DNA of 64,000 nt. It comes from Octopus vulgaris (Eukaryota). A program made the position numbers and the translations under genes. This document shows positions 39,364-53,351 of this stretch, piece by piece (the first letter of the stretch is position 1; every line of letters begins with the position of its first letter). The stretch covers positions 89,404,001-89,468,000 of the forward strand of contig OX597823.1 of NCBI GenBank assembly GCA_951406725.2, in the 5' to 3' direction. The notes under the pieces were generated by a model. That model was given only the letters and a program-made list of their open reading frames with translations, searched no databases and was not told the origin of the DNA.

Positions 39364-39529
39364 GTTTATGAATTTGTGTTGCAAGATTTCTGATGTGAAA
39401 CTGTGTGTTGAAACAGATATTGTTGTATTTCGGGATGGTCATGAGTTAAAATAAAATAGTAATTAACGAGTGATGAAGAAGTGAATATATAGTGTGTTTA
39501 TTTGGGGGAAAAATGACCATCCCGAAATA

Positions 39530-39589
<60 letters not shown>

Positions 39590-40434
39590 ATCATTATTAC
39601 AATGACGCACTCCAGATGAATGGTAACAGTAATCCGTAGGTGTAAATATATATATATATACATATGTACATGTGTGTGTGCGCGTTAGCTTATGTGTATG
39701 TAAATGTGTATATAATAATGGCACAAATACGAGTGGGAAGGGATGAACGTTGCTGAGTGATGTTCGATGTCGGTGATCAGTGAACTCCTTCAAATGTCTC
39801 CTTCGACTAAGAATATACCTTCTAAGGTTTTCATGACAACTCCCGGCAATGCCATTTCTATTGATTCATAGATTATTCGGCGTCATTGTTAAACGAGAAA
39901 CTAATTTAGATAAGTGAATTTAAATTGTATACTTATATGAAGTCTCTCTTTCTAATGTGTCTGTTTTAAAGGAACCCAAATTATCCTGTATATTCGAATG
40001 TAAAACTTAAATGAGTCACTAGTCCAGCGAGTGTTGGCTATATCCGGATCGATGTTTAAAATCTTACCTGTTTAAAATTTTACCTGATGCTAGTGAATTA
40101 TATATTATGGTATAATCTTTTATGACGACATTAAGCAAATAATGTTCCATCGAAACATCTTTCGTAGATTTTAAACACCATTTGTGTTTACATTTTATAC
40201 CTACGACACACCATGGACGCACCATTGAGTCTGTAGTGACGCCATTTTGGAAATCTTCAAGTTGGATCAATGATTTCAATTGGATTTAGTACTTGCATAC
40301 CCTACCAACAACACTTGACGTATTCAATATTTTCTATTTCACAGTGAGGTCTATGTTATCGTACTTAGCCACGTTTGGCAAAGTACGAAAACAGTTGAAA
40401 TGCCTTGATTCCTATGAATCCATATAACAAAATT

Positions 40435-40473
<39 letters not shown>

Positions 40474-40537
40474 AACGCACGCACACACAGATATATATAT
40501 ATATATGTATGTACATATATATTATGCATATATTTAT

Positions 40538-40580
<43 letters not shown>

Positions 40581-40829
40581 GTCTCCACAGATTTTAACAT
40601 ACCTCCACAGCTAATTACATTTAGTTTTCCTCGGAGGTATATATCAATATACATACCTAATAAAGACAATAGACAAATAAAATAAATACACACAAGTATA
40701 CATTACTGTACATATTTCTGTGTGTATCATTTCTGTATCTGTCTATGTATGTCTGAATGTATATATTTCCTTGGGAATGTGTGAGAGTATATGTGTTTAT
40801 GTGTATGGGGTAAGTGTGTGAATAAATAT

Positions 40830-41032
40830 AATATAATATATATATATGTATGTATATATATACATACATACATATATACATACATGTACATATATATATA
40901 TATATACATACATGTACATATAGATATGTATATATATATATATATTTACATACATACATATATATATATAAATATATATACATATATATATGTATATATA
41001 TATACATACATATATATACATATATATGTGTG

Positions 41033-41072
<40 letters not shown>

Positions 41073-41102
41073 TATGCATATATATGTATATATATATATA
41101 TA

Positions 41103-41150
<48 letters not shown>

Positions 41151-41261
41151 CATACATACACACACATATGCAGCCATATATGTGCGTTTGTGTGTATGCA
41201 TTTGTGAAGGAACGTATGAATGTACATCATTATATACATTATTTATGCAGAAGCATATATA

Positions 41262-41299
<38 letters not shown>

Positions 41300-41335
41300 A
41301 AAATATTTATAAAGACACATATATATGTACGTACG

Positions 41336-41369
<34 letters not shown>

Positions 41370-41400
41370 TGTATGTATGTATGTATGTATGTATGTATAG
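40830..41400. repeat. Long compound (TA)n/(TACA)n/(TG)n/(TATG)n tract
   Basis: Direct inspection. This tract is the source of many spurious ORFs. Confidence 0.95.
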
Positions 41401-42403
41401 GCGATAAAGATAGCGAGAGTAATTCATTTACTACACGTCTGTTTAACATTACTTTGAGAGTGGAAAAAATCGATAAAACACCTCAAATGAAAATTTATTG
41501 TTAAAATTTTTTTGAACATATACTTTTTAGACGTAAATGAAAAACGCTTCCACTATCAAAATGTCTGATACATATTTCTTCTCGTTACTTATTATTTTTG
41601 TTGATATATTTTTTTTATTTTACTTCGTCTTGACTGATAATCTACCGAAGTATTTCATTGGTCACAAATCTTCTAAACAGGATATATTCTCCAATAAATA
41701 AAATGGGTTAAAACTGAATTGTAGTTTAGATATTTTATACTTTATAAAACAACAGATCCGATCGATATTACATGATTACAATAAAACGTTGAGGCATATG
41801 TATGCACGTATGTATGTATGTATGTATGTATGTATGTATGTATGTATGTATGTATGTATGTATGTATGTATGTATGTATGTATGTATGTATGTTTGCATG
41901 TATGTATGTAGTGTTAAGAGATATTAGTCGTGTCTTCACAAAGAGAGGAAAAGAATATGTTAGTAGCTTTATGAAAAAAACATTATCTTCTTACTTGGCT
42001 GTCTCTATAAGTTGACGTCTTGATGTAAGCGACTGTTTTAAACAGATACATAACTTCACAAAACAAGTTACGTATCAATGTAAATCCACCTCGAAAATTT
42101 GAGTAACTTTGAATAGGTCACATAATATATCCACCATAACAAAAAATTATTATTACAGACAAGTCGGAGCTTATAGTTTCATGAAAATGGTTGTGTATCA
42201 GACATATATGTGACGAGTTTGTGCGCGTGCGAATGGTGTGTGCATGTACCTTATAATACTAGACATATGATAAAATATTATATAACATTATATGCACATG
42301 CATACATATATTAAGGTGGTGCCCCAGCATGACCACAGTCTAATGACTGAAACAAGTAAAAAATAGAAAAAAATAGAATATATGTATATAAATATGTGTG
42401 TGA

Positions 42404-42443
<40 letters not shown>

Positions 42444-42487
42444 ATTTATATGTATATACAACCAAATGTATACAGATATACATAAAC

Positions 42488-42518
<31 letters not shown>

Positions 42519-42924
42519 TATACATATATACATATATATACACACACACACACGCATACACACGAGTGAGTGGACAAACGAAAGAAGGGCACTCAACAAA
42601 TATATTGGGAGTTGCATGTATGGATCAAAACAGTTTGATCCCTATATGTATAGATATATATAATATAGATGTTCCTGTTTTCGTTCTTGTATACATTCGT
42701 TTGCCATTCCCAGAGGCTTAATGCTTTTAGCTTAAGTCCCTGGCAGCCGCCGGATTCGAGGAGTATGGGCGATAAGGGGGCGAAACTACAAGGACATTCC
42801 AGACTCCGACTGATGAGGAAATCGGTTTCGAATGATCCGTATATCTTGTTTTCGTCCTGATCGCCGTTTGTCGTGCTATTGTCTATTTTTCCGCATAATG
42901 TGTTCTTTCTGTCCTACCTTTGAT

Positions 42925-43207
42925 AAGTTGTTGTTGTTTGTTCATTCTCGAGCCATGTCTAGCTTATAAGGGCTTATCCCCGGTTTCACTGGCGTATAGG
43001 TTCCCCACTTGGACGGGGCGCAGGTCTATCGTAGGAAAAAGTGGAAGAAAGTTGTGGTGAAAGAGTCAGCAGAAGTTCGCCATTATCTTCTGCCGGAGCG
43101 GCGTGTAGCTTAGGTTTTTCGCTCATAAACACACACATCGCCCGGCCTGAGATTCGAAACGGTGATCCCTCGACCCCGAGTCCACTGCTCTAACCATTAG
43201 GCCATGT
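42925..43207 (-). mobile_element. tRNA-derived SINE (family C-like)
   Basis: The minus strand starts acatggcctaatggttagagcagtggactc...gtttcgaatctcaggcc (A and B boxes) and ends in a (CAA)n tail. Confidence 0.7.
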
Positions 43208-43229
43208 ACTTCCACACACACACGCATAT

Positions 43230-43400
43230 TCTTTTCGTATTTATTTATTGCCCACAAGGGGCTAAACACAGGAGGGTGGGGCAAACAAGGACAGACAAAG
43301 AAATTAAGTCGATTACATCGACCCCAGCGCGTAACTGGTACATAATTTATCGACCCCGAAAGGATGAAAGGCAAAGTCGACCTTGGTGGAATTTGAACTT
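43230..43400 (-). mobile_element. SINE family B, 5'-truncated, long-tail variant
   Basis: Meta-like domain plus the tail gtctgtccttgtttg...tttagccccttgtggg. Confidence 0.8.
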
Positions 43401-43867
43401 TCTAGTTCACTTATTGATCATTCCTCTTATATATATATATAGACATACACACTCACTCACACGCATATATATATTTATGTGTGTGCGTGTGTATGTATGT
43501 GTTGCCTGTCATATCGCAGGTAACTTTGGTATACTTTTACCTCTGTGATTAATATCAGGAAATATTGCACACATAATTAGACTTTTATCAAATTTCTTGG
43601 CGCATTCGCAAAATGATGAAATGAATACAAATTTTCAAAATTAAAATATTTATGACCTTAAAATAAAATTAAATAAAACAACTTTCTCGTGTGTATATTT
43701 GTAATAAATACATGATATTAGTTTTTAAAATTTTATCAACATAATCGCAGTCTGCTGCGCCGAAATCTGATATCTGCAAAATTTCATTAAAAAAAATGTG
43801 TATTTTCCAGAAAGTCATGACTTTCTTCTTGCATCTCTAATATGAACTCTCTCTCACTCTCTCTCCC

Positions 43868-43920
<53 letters not shown>

Positions 43921-44005
43921 AACTATCTATCTCACTTTGTCTCACTCTATATGATGTAAAGCATGACTGGGGAGATCAATCTCATAAACCAACATCTATT
44001 TCGGA

Positions 44006-44069
<64 letters not shown>

Positions 44070-44229
44070 ATTAATAATGATAGAAGCAGTATTAATATCA
44101 AATGGCAATCTTGATCTCCAACTTACCGTGGAGGTTGTGTTAGAACACAAAATACTTATTTCCTTTGAGAAGATCCCTCATAAGGTCTCGGGGTTCATAA
44201 AAGCACTCATTATATCGTTGTTTTATTTC

Positions 44230-44274
<45 letters not shown>

Positions 44275-44627
44275 TGGCAGAAACGTGAGCACGCCGGGCG
44301 AAATGCTTAGCGATATTTCGTCTGTCTTTCCGTCCAAAGTATACATGTAGATAGATATATAGATAGATAAGGAGAGGAAGAGAGAGTGAGAGAGCGACAT
44401 ATATAAAAATACATATATATATATATACACACACACAAAAGAATGACTTCACTGGTTTGTACATCTAATAGAGTGTACATCTAAATGTAAAGCCGGAAGA
44501 AATGTTGCTAAGCATGTTGTCCGACATGCTGACGAATCTACCAGTTCTCCGAGTTAAGCGCGGTAAATAAAAAATATAAGATTGGAATGCAGTAAAAAAA
44601 AGCAGAAATTTTGCTTATATATATATT

Positions 44628-44693
<66 letters not shown>

Positions 44694-44714
44694 CGTGTGT
44701 GTGTGTGTGTGTGT

Positions 44715-44872
44715 CTGTCTGTATACGACGGGCTTCTGTCAGTTTCCCTCTACCAAATCCACTCACTAAGCTTTGGTCAGCCCGAGGCTATAGTAGAAGC
44801 CACGCAGTGGGACTGAACCCGGAACCATGAGGTTGGTACGCAAGCTACTTACCACACAGCCACTCCTGCGCC
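44715..44872 (-). mobile_element. SINE family A head
   Basis: Reverse complement of ggcgcaggagtggctgtgtggtaagtagcttgc...gaagcccgtcg. Confidence 0.85.
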
Positions 44873-44976
44873 TATATATATATAGGAGGAGAGTTCACGA
44901 AAAAAACAAAATACAGAGACAGGTGGTGTACAAAACAAACAGATGTATTAGTATAACGCTCAGGAATTGAAAAAGT

Positions 44977-45012
44977 CTTTTACGTTTCGAGCCTACGCTC
45001 TTTTACAGAAAG
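44977..45012 (-). ncRNA. Minimal hammerhead-like motif with CUGU core
   Basis: Minus strand: cttt-CTGTAAA-A-GAGC-gtag-GCTC-GAAAC-GTA-aaag. Stems I and II are perfect. It lies in a ~195-bp insert (44885-45080) between (TA)n tracts. Confidence 0.55.
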
Positions 45013-45096
45013 GGACACAGAAAAAAAACAAGGAGAGAAAAAAATGTGTGTTGTGGCTATCGATCTATCATGGCGACTGATATATATATATATATA

Positions 45097-45870
45097 TTCA
45101 GTTTCTGCACAAAGCTGCGGCTATGTTGGTGCACCGCCGTTTTGCTACACTGTTATTAAGAGCCTCCTCTAATATGTGGTATTTGCGGAATAAGGGAGTT
45201 TGATGTCGCTACCCTCATTTGCACCTCCTGCGTGGGGTAGGTTCATTTGGGACTCTCGACAGAAAGAGATCCAGTTTTGATTTGAAAATACCTACATCCA
45301 CTTCGTGTAGGTCCTTCAGGCTCCTTGGAAGAATATTGAAAATCTGCTGTTGCAGTAACTACTCCTGAAGCTCGACGACATTACTGGGATCTTTGGCACT
45401 GTGCAGAGGCGACCCGTTCTGGCATTTGTGTAGCTTTCAATGCCAAAATTTGGCACAATCCCTTCCAGGAACGTCCAGATGTATATTACTGCACATCTCT
45501 TCCGCCTTTGCTCCACGGAATAAAGGCTTAGCTCTTTCAGCCAATCCCAGGAGCTGAGCTGTTGCAATAAGACGATCTCGTTTGTGAAGCTTCGATGGAT
45601 TGCTTCAAAGTCCGTTGTTAATTTTACACGGTGAGGTGACCATAACTGGCAGAAATAATGCAGACGGCTGAGGATGAATGTCCTCCAGAGGACCATCATG
45701 ATTTCCTTTTCTCTGATTCTGAACATTTTCAGGATCCAGCCAGCCAGTCGTCTGCACTTTGTCTCCATCCTGGTAATGTGCACTTGAAAAGGGGTATCAT
45801 CACTCATGTCAATACCTAGGCCCCGCACAGATTTAGGCTCTGAGATTGTAATCCCCTGTAGACCAGTGTA
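45097..45870 (-). mobile_element. CR1-group LINE, 5'-truncated, with RT C-terminus and intact 3' tail
   Basis: VRGLGIDMSDD...WRTFILSRLHYFCQLWSP...LKELSLYSVEQRRKR...EGIVPNFGI, then FNILPRSLKDL...FKSKLDLFLSRVPNEP. The tail is ggcggtgcaccaacatagccgcagc...gaaac. Confidence 0.85.
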
Positions 45871-45877
45871 CCCTATG

Positions 45878-45908
<31 letters not shown>

Positions 45909-45983
45909 ATTTATATATATCCACTATTTTATATGTGTGTTTGTGCGTGTGTGTACATGTATAAAGACAGACGGACAGACTGT

Positions 45984-46073
<90 letters not shown>

Positions 46074-46930
46074 CGCTTACACACACTCACACACGCACAC
46101 ACGCGGCAAGAAGATATGTGTGTATTCCACAGGGTATGCCATTGTGAAATTTGGTTATCTATTTTTCTTGTAGTCCAACGTAAAACCTCACGATGAATTA
46201 AATCGCAAAATATTATTTTTTTTATGGTTATCCATCTAAATTCGAATTAAGAATGGGAAAAAAACGATCATAATTGTAGTAAAATCATCACTAAATAATA
46301 ACCTGTAGACATTTTTGACAACGTTCAGTAAGTTAACTGATTTAAAAACTAAATCTTGCAGTCTTATGTCAAGGAATATTGCTTGTACTGAATGCCCGTA
46401 TGTCGATATTCTGCTGGCGAGTATACTAAGCAGAATATTACCGAAGTTGTTGCTATGTCAGGTTTCTTCATCAAAAAGAAAAGAAAACGAAAATACAGAC
46501 TTCAATGGCTAAAAGCAGAAACACGAATTTCACGTTAAAATACAGAGAAGCATATCTAGGAAAATCAGTGCTAATGGTGCAGGTAAAACACAAAATAATT
46601 TAAAGAATTCTATTGTCTGCACCACTAGTACCAACACATTCAGCAACAACAACAGCTACACCACCTCCATTAACATTATCAGCAAAAAACTACTAAGCTC
46701 TTACGTCCACCATGACCACGACCACCATCTCCACCTCCTACATTAACAATATCCGCCAAGAAAAATCTCTTACGACCACCGATGCTACCACTACAATCAC
46801 TACGACCAGCAAAATACTATAACTAACACAACATACGACACCAGTAAAATTATCGACTAAAAGAAGTAAGATGTCTTATACCAGCTACAACTTACACCAC
46901 TACCACAACTACTACTACTACTACTACTAC

Positions 46931-46976
<46 letters not shown>

Positions 46977-46977
46977 T

Positions 46978-47373
46978 TCAAATTTTGCCACAAGGGCAGC
47001 CATTTTGGTTAGAGGGGGCTAATCGATTACATCGACCCCCAATGTTCCATTGGTGCTTAGTTTATCGATCCCGACAGGATGAAAGGCAAAGTCGACCTCG
47101 GCGGGATTTGAACTCAGAACATGAAGACAGACGAAATACCTACTTCTTTACTACCCACAAGGGACTAAACACAGAGGGAACAAACAAGGACAGACAAACG
47201 GATTAAGTCGATTACGTTGACCCCAGTGCATAACTGTTACTTAATTTATCGACCCCGAAAGGATGAAAGGCAAAGTCGACTTCGGCGGAATTTGAACTCA
47301 GAACGTAACGGCAGACGAAATACAGCTAAGCATTTCGCCCGGAGTGCTAACGTTTCTGCCAGCTCACCGCCTT
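46978..47373 (-). mobile_element. Composite (two-unit) SINE family B within (TAA/CAA)n
   Basis: Same organisation and junction (gtaaagaa.ta.gtatttcgtctg) as 20863-21257. Confidence 0.85.
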
Positions 47374-47549
47374 AACAACAACAACAACAACAATAACAAT
47401 AATAATAATTTGTTTTGGTATAAAAGATGGGCTACAGCAAATATTCTGCTCAATATCACAGATTTGCTTGTCATTTGTTTGACCTGAACCAGCTGAGCAT
47501 GTCTCTTAGTGGCTGACAATATGTGCATCAACTAGCTCGCTGTCTTAAT

Positions 47550-47750
47550 GGCTTCAAAGTTTGGTACAAGGCCAGCAATTTTTATGATGAGGAAGTTAGT
47601 CAATTACACTGACCCCACCACCACCATCACTCAACTAGTACTTATTTTATTAGCCCCGAAAGGATGAAAGGATCAAATCGGCATGATTTGAACTTAGGAA
47701 GAACCGAAAGAAATACTACATGATATTTTTTCCAATACTGTAACGATTCT
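47550..47750 (-). mobile_element. SINE family B, diverged
   Basis: ttggtacaaggccagcaatttt...gtacttattttat...ccccgaaaggatgaaagg...tttgaactt. Confidence 0.7.
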
Positions 47751-47754
47751 ACCA

Positions 47755-48060
47755 TTGCACTACTACTACTATTACTACTACTACTACTACAACTACAACT
47801 ACTACTACTATTACTAGTGCTGCCCCTGCTACTACTACTACAACTACTATTACTACTACTGTTACTACTAATATTGCTGCTGCTATTACTACTACCACTG
47901 CTGCTACTACTATTACTACTACTACTACTATTACTACTACTGCTACTACTAGTATTGCTGCTGCTACTACTGCTACTACTACCACTGCTACTGCTTGCTA
48001 CTATTACTACCACTTCCACCACCACCAATACTACTACTATTATTACTACTACTGACATGA
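47755..48060. repeat. (CTA/CTG/TTA)n trinucleotide tract
   Basis: Direct inspection. It generates spurious poly-S, poly-L and poly-V ORFs. Confidence 0.9.
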
Positions 48061-49544
48061 CATCAACTACGTTATCAACATTATAACCAATACCACCATC
48101 GAAAAGACTTGCAGGCAAATCTCCCTTAAATCATACCTTATGTTCTTAAAATAGGATTGCTTATGTTTTCAGTGATTGCACAAATGCTCTATTAATTAGC
48201 GCCGATGATAACGAGCTTTCGGCTACATAACTTAATTGCTCAGATATTTCATATTAATGACGTCAATGGAACCAACGAAACTGCCTTTGCGTGGTCGTAA
48301 AACTTTCCCAAACAAAATGGTACCCAAAAATCTCTCGCAAATCACAACCGACCATCATTAAAAAAAACGATAAATGTGCATATATAAATATTCTTTTATA
48401 CGTTTCAGTCCAAAGGATGAGTCTATGCTGGAGCAACGCCCGTAAAATTTTGAATTACATACCATCCTCCACACACACACAAACACATATTTATGTGTGT
48501 GTATGTGTGTGTGTGTGTGTGTGTATGTATACATACACACATACACACACATGCATGTATGTGTGTGTATATATATATATATATATATACATACACACAC
48601 ATACACACACACACACATATATATGTGTGTGTTTGTGGGGTCTGGCATGAACATGAGCGCGTCGTTCAGAAATTTGTTTTGCAACGTGGTTCTGGATTCG
48701 TTACCATTTCATGACTCTTTTGGCAAGTGTCTTTTACCGTGGATTCTGGTTAACCAATACTTTGTAAACCAAATTTATGTGGCCTACCAATATGTGTGAG
48801 CGCACGTATGTGTATATGTATGTATGTATGTATGTATGTATACACATTTGTGTGTGTATAAGCCAACGTTCAATCAAAAACATATGCTGTAAATATATTT
48901 TTTCTTTGTTTTTACCCAGCTATTTTTTAGTGTTTATTTGTCTTTTGTTGTTTGTTTTCATTTTTAATAATCATTTTCGATTTAGATTCAAGGTGGGTTT
49001 GAAGTTGTTTATTTATAAAATGATTTTCCGAAGTATTGTGCCGATGTCATATGGCTTTGACAAAACACAAAATAGAAAGTCGACAGCTTACTTAATAACA
49101 GAGAGACGACCTCGTAAGTGGTTGCTAGACATGCTAAAATATACAGCGAAATCTCCCTCAACTCGGAACCAGCTGTCTTCATGAAAGGAAAACACAAACA
49201 CACACTCTCTTTTTTTTCTCTCTCTCTCTCTCTCTATTTCTCTCACTCTCTCTCTCTCTCTCTCTTTCTCTATTTCTTTCTCTCACTCATTCTCTCGCTG
49301 TTTTTCTCTATCCCTCTCTCCTTGTTTTTGTGTCACACACACTCAAACACACACACGAATATTCTGTTTACATCTGCCGAGACTTTAAAAAGACTTTTGT
49401 TTCTCATAATCTAAATTTGTTTAATCACACATTATTTTAATTTGTTTAATTACACTTTAATTAATTACACAGCGATGGCTAAAACAAAACATTGGATTGT
49501 TTATCAAAGTATACCTTATTGTACATAACAGAGCAATATCCTTT

Positions 49545-49983
49545 CTTATTTTGAAGCAAGGTCAGCAATTTTGAGAGGTGGGGCAAGTCGATTAAACAAC
49601 CTCAGCGATCAAGCGATACTTGTTTTAACGTCACCGAAAGGATGAAAGCTATTGTCGATCTCAGAGGGATTGGAACTCAGAACGTAAAACCAGTAGTACG
49701 AAGTTATGCATTTGGTCCAATGTGCTAACGATCCTGCCAGCTCGCCGCCTTACATTTCAAAGTAATACTGGTTTCAAATTTTGGCACAAGGCCAGCAATT
49801 TCGAGGAAGTGGGTAAGTCGATTACATAGACCCCAGAACTCTCCTGGTACTTATTTCATCGGCCCTGAAAGGGTGAAAGGCAAAGTGGACCTCGACAGAA
49901 TTTGGACTCAGAACATAAAGACTGACGAAATGCCGTCAAGCATTTTGCCCGGCTTGCTAACGATTCTACCTGCTCAACGCCTT
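49545..49983 (-). mobile_element. Tandem pair of SINE family B separated by a duplicated target site
   Basis: acatttcaaagtaata occurs at 49752-49767 and 49984-49999, with a 12/16 match at 49523-49538. Confidence 0.85.
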
Positions 49984-50824
49984 ACATTTCAAAGTAATAT
50001 TTAAAAGAAAAAAAAACTCTCTTAACGTTACGACACAATATTTGTTTTGTTTTGTTTTTTATACACCGATACTGAAATACTTTGGAAAAATGTAAACAAA
50101 TACATGTAGACGTTTTGTTGAGGTACAAGGAAATTGTATTTACTTGACCTGGCTTGGTTTCTAACTTTGTAGCATGCTCTTCAGAAACCACGTACATACC
50201 TCTTCTCTCCACAGAGATAAATATATATCCTATAGTTATTTAAAGCCCCTAGATTTACTAGCTTCAGTAAATCATTTGGGCTGAAAAATAATGTTATGCT
50301 GACATCTAATACAATTAATTAGTTTTTATTGCATAACAACCTGAATAGATAATTTTAACGATGATATATTCTCTCTAACGCTGATTCTAGAATGAGGTGT
50401 CAAGGGATCCCTCTACTCTAAAATAAGCGACACAGATAAGCCTGTGATCGAAATAAGATGTCGCCAGGCTCACCAGAAATACCAGTCTTATTTATTTTTA
50501 ATCTTAATCTACTGTCTTAAAAGAAGTGGAAACTAAGCGCATTGGATAATGTAGCTCTAGATATACCGTGGATGAAAAATAACATTGTAGGATCACGCTT
50601 GGAATTTCTTAGATCATAGATTTGCTTGTTTTGATTTGACACTTACCTAGGGTTAAAAAAACAACCTCACAACAATGAAGAATATTCTTCTTAGTGTAGT
50701 TATAAAGCACTATGTATGATAAACGTTGCGTATGGTCGTGGCTGAAACGGAATTGATAATATGTCTGCTCTGTCAAGATTGATTTATGGCTAAACAACAG
50801 CAGGAATAAGAACGACCTAGAGAT

Positions 50825-50878
<54 letters not shown>

Positions 50879-51403
50879 ATTTTTCAAATTGTCCCAGTTA
50901 TTGGACTGCAGTCATGCCGGTGAACCACCTCCACCTTGAAGAGTTTAAATCAAACAGATTGTTGCCAACACATACATTTAAGTCTGGTACTCATTATCTT
51001 GAGTGGTAGTAGGAAGAGACAGATACAGACTTACCCCACCCCCACCTCACACACTGTCTTTCTCTCTCTCTCTCTACATATATATATATATATATATAAA
51101 CATACACATTGGTCATAGAACAAACACTAAATTCGAGTCAACGACTTAATATATAGCATCATACCTCAAACAATTAAACATATATAAATATCACCATTAT
51201 ATAAAAAGATATACATATACATAAAAACACAGAAGATAAAAATATATATGTGAATAAAATACAAATAGAACGGCCTATCAAAAAGGTTTCTTCTATGACG
51301 AATGTATATTTATTTATTTTTGTCTCATTTACATTTGAGCATTTTTGCAGTCCTGTAAACCCTTTTGTTTCTATAAAAAGAGACAAATATTATTTCTTGT
51401 TGT

Positions 51404-51570
<167 letters not shown>

Positions 51571-53351
51571 TTCAAATGAATATGGCACTTAATTTAGATG
51601 CACCAGAATTTTTTATGGTGTTACCCATAAAAATATGCGGGGTGATTATAATCAAAAATAAGCAACAAGAATGAATCCGGTAATTTAGTACAATTGTTTC
51701 ATACTACAACATTTTATTAAAAGCTATAAATATTACAGCAAATTTAAGATGCCGAGTAATCTTCAGCTAATTTTATATAGGTTTTCCAATAATATAAAGT
51801 TCTCAAATCAATTAATAACATCTTAGGGAAGGTAACTATACAGATAAAGATGTAGATATGAATCTTAGGAACATGAGGTAGTGTAGTTTGGATGCCAACT
51901 GACCAAAACCTTTACAACCAAAACCTTGCAAACATTTTCTCCGACGTAAGAACAATTCTGCCAGCTCACTGGCTTCAGTTTCGAGCTGTGGACTCTAACT
52001 ACGTGTGGTGATGAGATAGTGGACACTTCTGTCAATTTCGACCTACGAGCATCAGTCGTTCGATCAACTGGAAGACCTAATAATTAAATTAACGTACCAA
52101 GTGGCTGAGTACCTCAAAGACAAGTATACTCTTAACGTAATTCTCAAGTAGAAATAATGTCGCAGTGTGTGACAAGGCTGGAGCTTGGAATTGCAGGTAC
52201 AGTCCATCCCACATTTTGTCCAACCAAGACTATAGTCTTGAGTAGACAAATACTATAATCGACCCAAGGTTTTAGTTAATACACTTCTCAAGATTCCATG
52301 CAGTGTGATCGAACCTTTGACCTCATAGTTCCGAAGCGAGCTGCTCCGCATGTTACCGCATATAGATAGGGTGATTAAGTCAGTAATGATGGCAGCGGTG
52401 GTGTTGGTGGTGGTAGTGCTGCTGCTGCTGCTGCTGTCACTGCTGCTAGTGGTGGTGGCGGCACTCCTGCTGCTACTGATAGCGATGGTCATCGTATCCT
52501 CTGCCATCGTTATTGTTGTTATAGTTTAGCCCCAATTTTGCTTTGATCAAAGAAACCATCATCAAAGATATTCCCGCCATGAACACCACTTTACCCAGTC
52601 CCGCCTTTCCAAGAAGTTAGTGTGATTTGCTGAAGATTTAGTTGCTATATCTAACAAATCGAGCAATCACGTAGAGGCTCCTTGTGGAAACGTCATACCA
52701 CCATGTACCCGGGCTTGTATCAGTATAAGTGGCGGAAGATTAACCTGAAGTATGATAATTTATTACCGTCTCAGCCATATGCTACACCCCAGAGTTTTGA
52801 GAGATCGATCCCAGCCCCCGCAAAGTAGTGAAAGTATATTTACGTAATCAATTAAATTCTTTTTAAGTGTAAATGGCCTCTTTCAACTGTACATTCTGGG
52901 TTTTTCTTTTTTATGTTTTGTTATAGTATTTTATATTTTTTTGAGTTAATTATTTTAATTATTAATCAATTTTCTTTTAATTATTACTGTTGTTTTTATG
53001 GTTAATGACATTTAATTACTTTTCGAAACTATTTTGGCACATTAATAAAATGTTAAAAGCGGTTTATAGCGTTATTAAAAAATAAAATTTATTGATTTTT
53101 TTTTACTAGTTACATGGCAAATCTTATGAAGGAAGTTTTAAAGATTCAGTGCGTATAGTGACTGAGAATTACCGTCATCATCATTCCTTACCAGCAAGTC
53201 TTGGAATAGATATAAGCGAGGCTTAGTGTTATGAACACTTAACGTCTAAAAGGAGGAGGCGTTCTCTGATGAAAAACAACAGCGATCAGCTATCTACGTT
53301 CAAATCTACCAGAACGTATTAAGAATGAGTAGATATGTTAATCTCTTAAAC

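Noticed and set aside
40064-40279. Minus-strand ORF ending at CAG|GTAAG
   Set aside because: No clear acceptor or in-frame start and no recognisable domain.
42780-42845. GAAAC...CTGATGAG-gaaatcggtttc-GAA hammerhead-like motif
   Set aside because: The core is incomplete and there is no stem I/III pairing in either topology. It may be a decayed element end but cannot be supported.
43140-43207. tRNA gene on the minus strand
   Set aside because: A and B boxes are present, but the acceptor stem is poor and the sequence continues into a SINE body.
45316-46086. 256-aa ORF as a host gene
   Set aside because: The N-terminus is (TATC)n microsatellite and the remainder is the RT C-terminus of a truncated CR1-group LINE.
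50140-50188. Minus-strand CTGAAGA...GAAACC...GGTC hammerhead-like match
   Set aside because: Stem II cannot form (no closing pair) and there is no element context.
53109-53225. Possible exon after a T-rich acceptor
   Set aside because: All three frames reach stops without a convincing donor, and no protein similarity was recognised.
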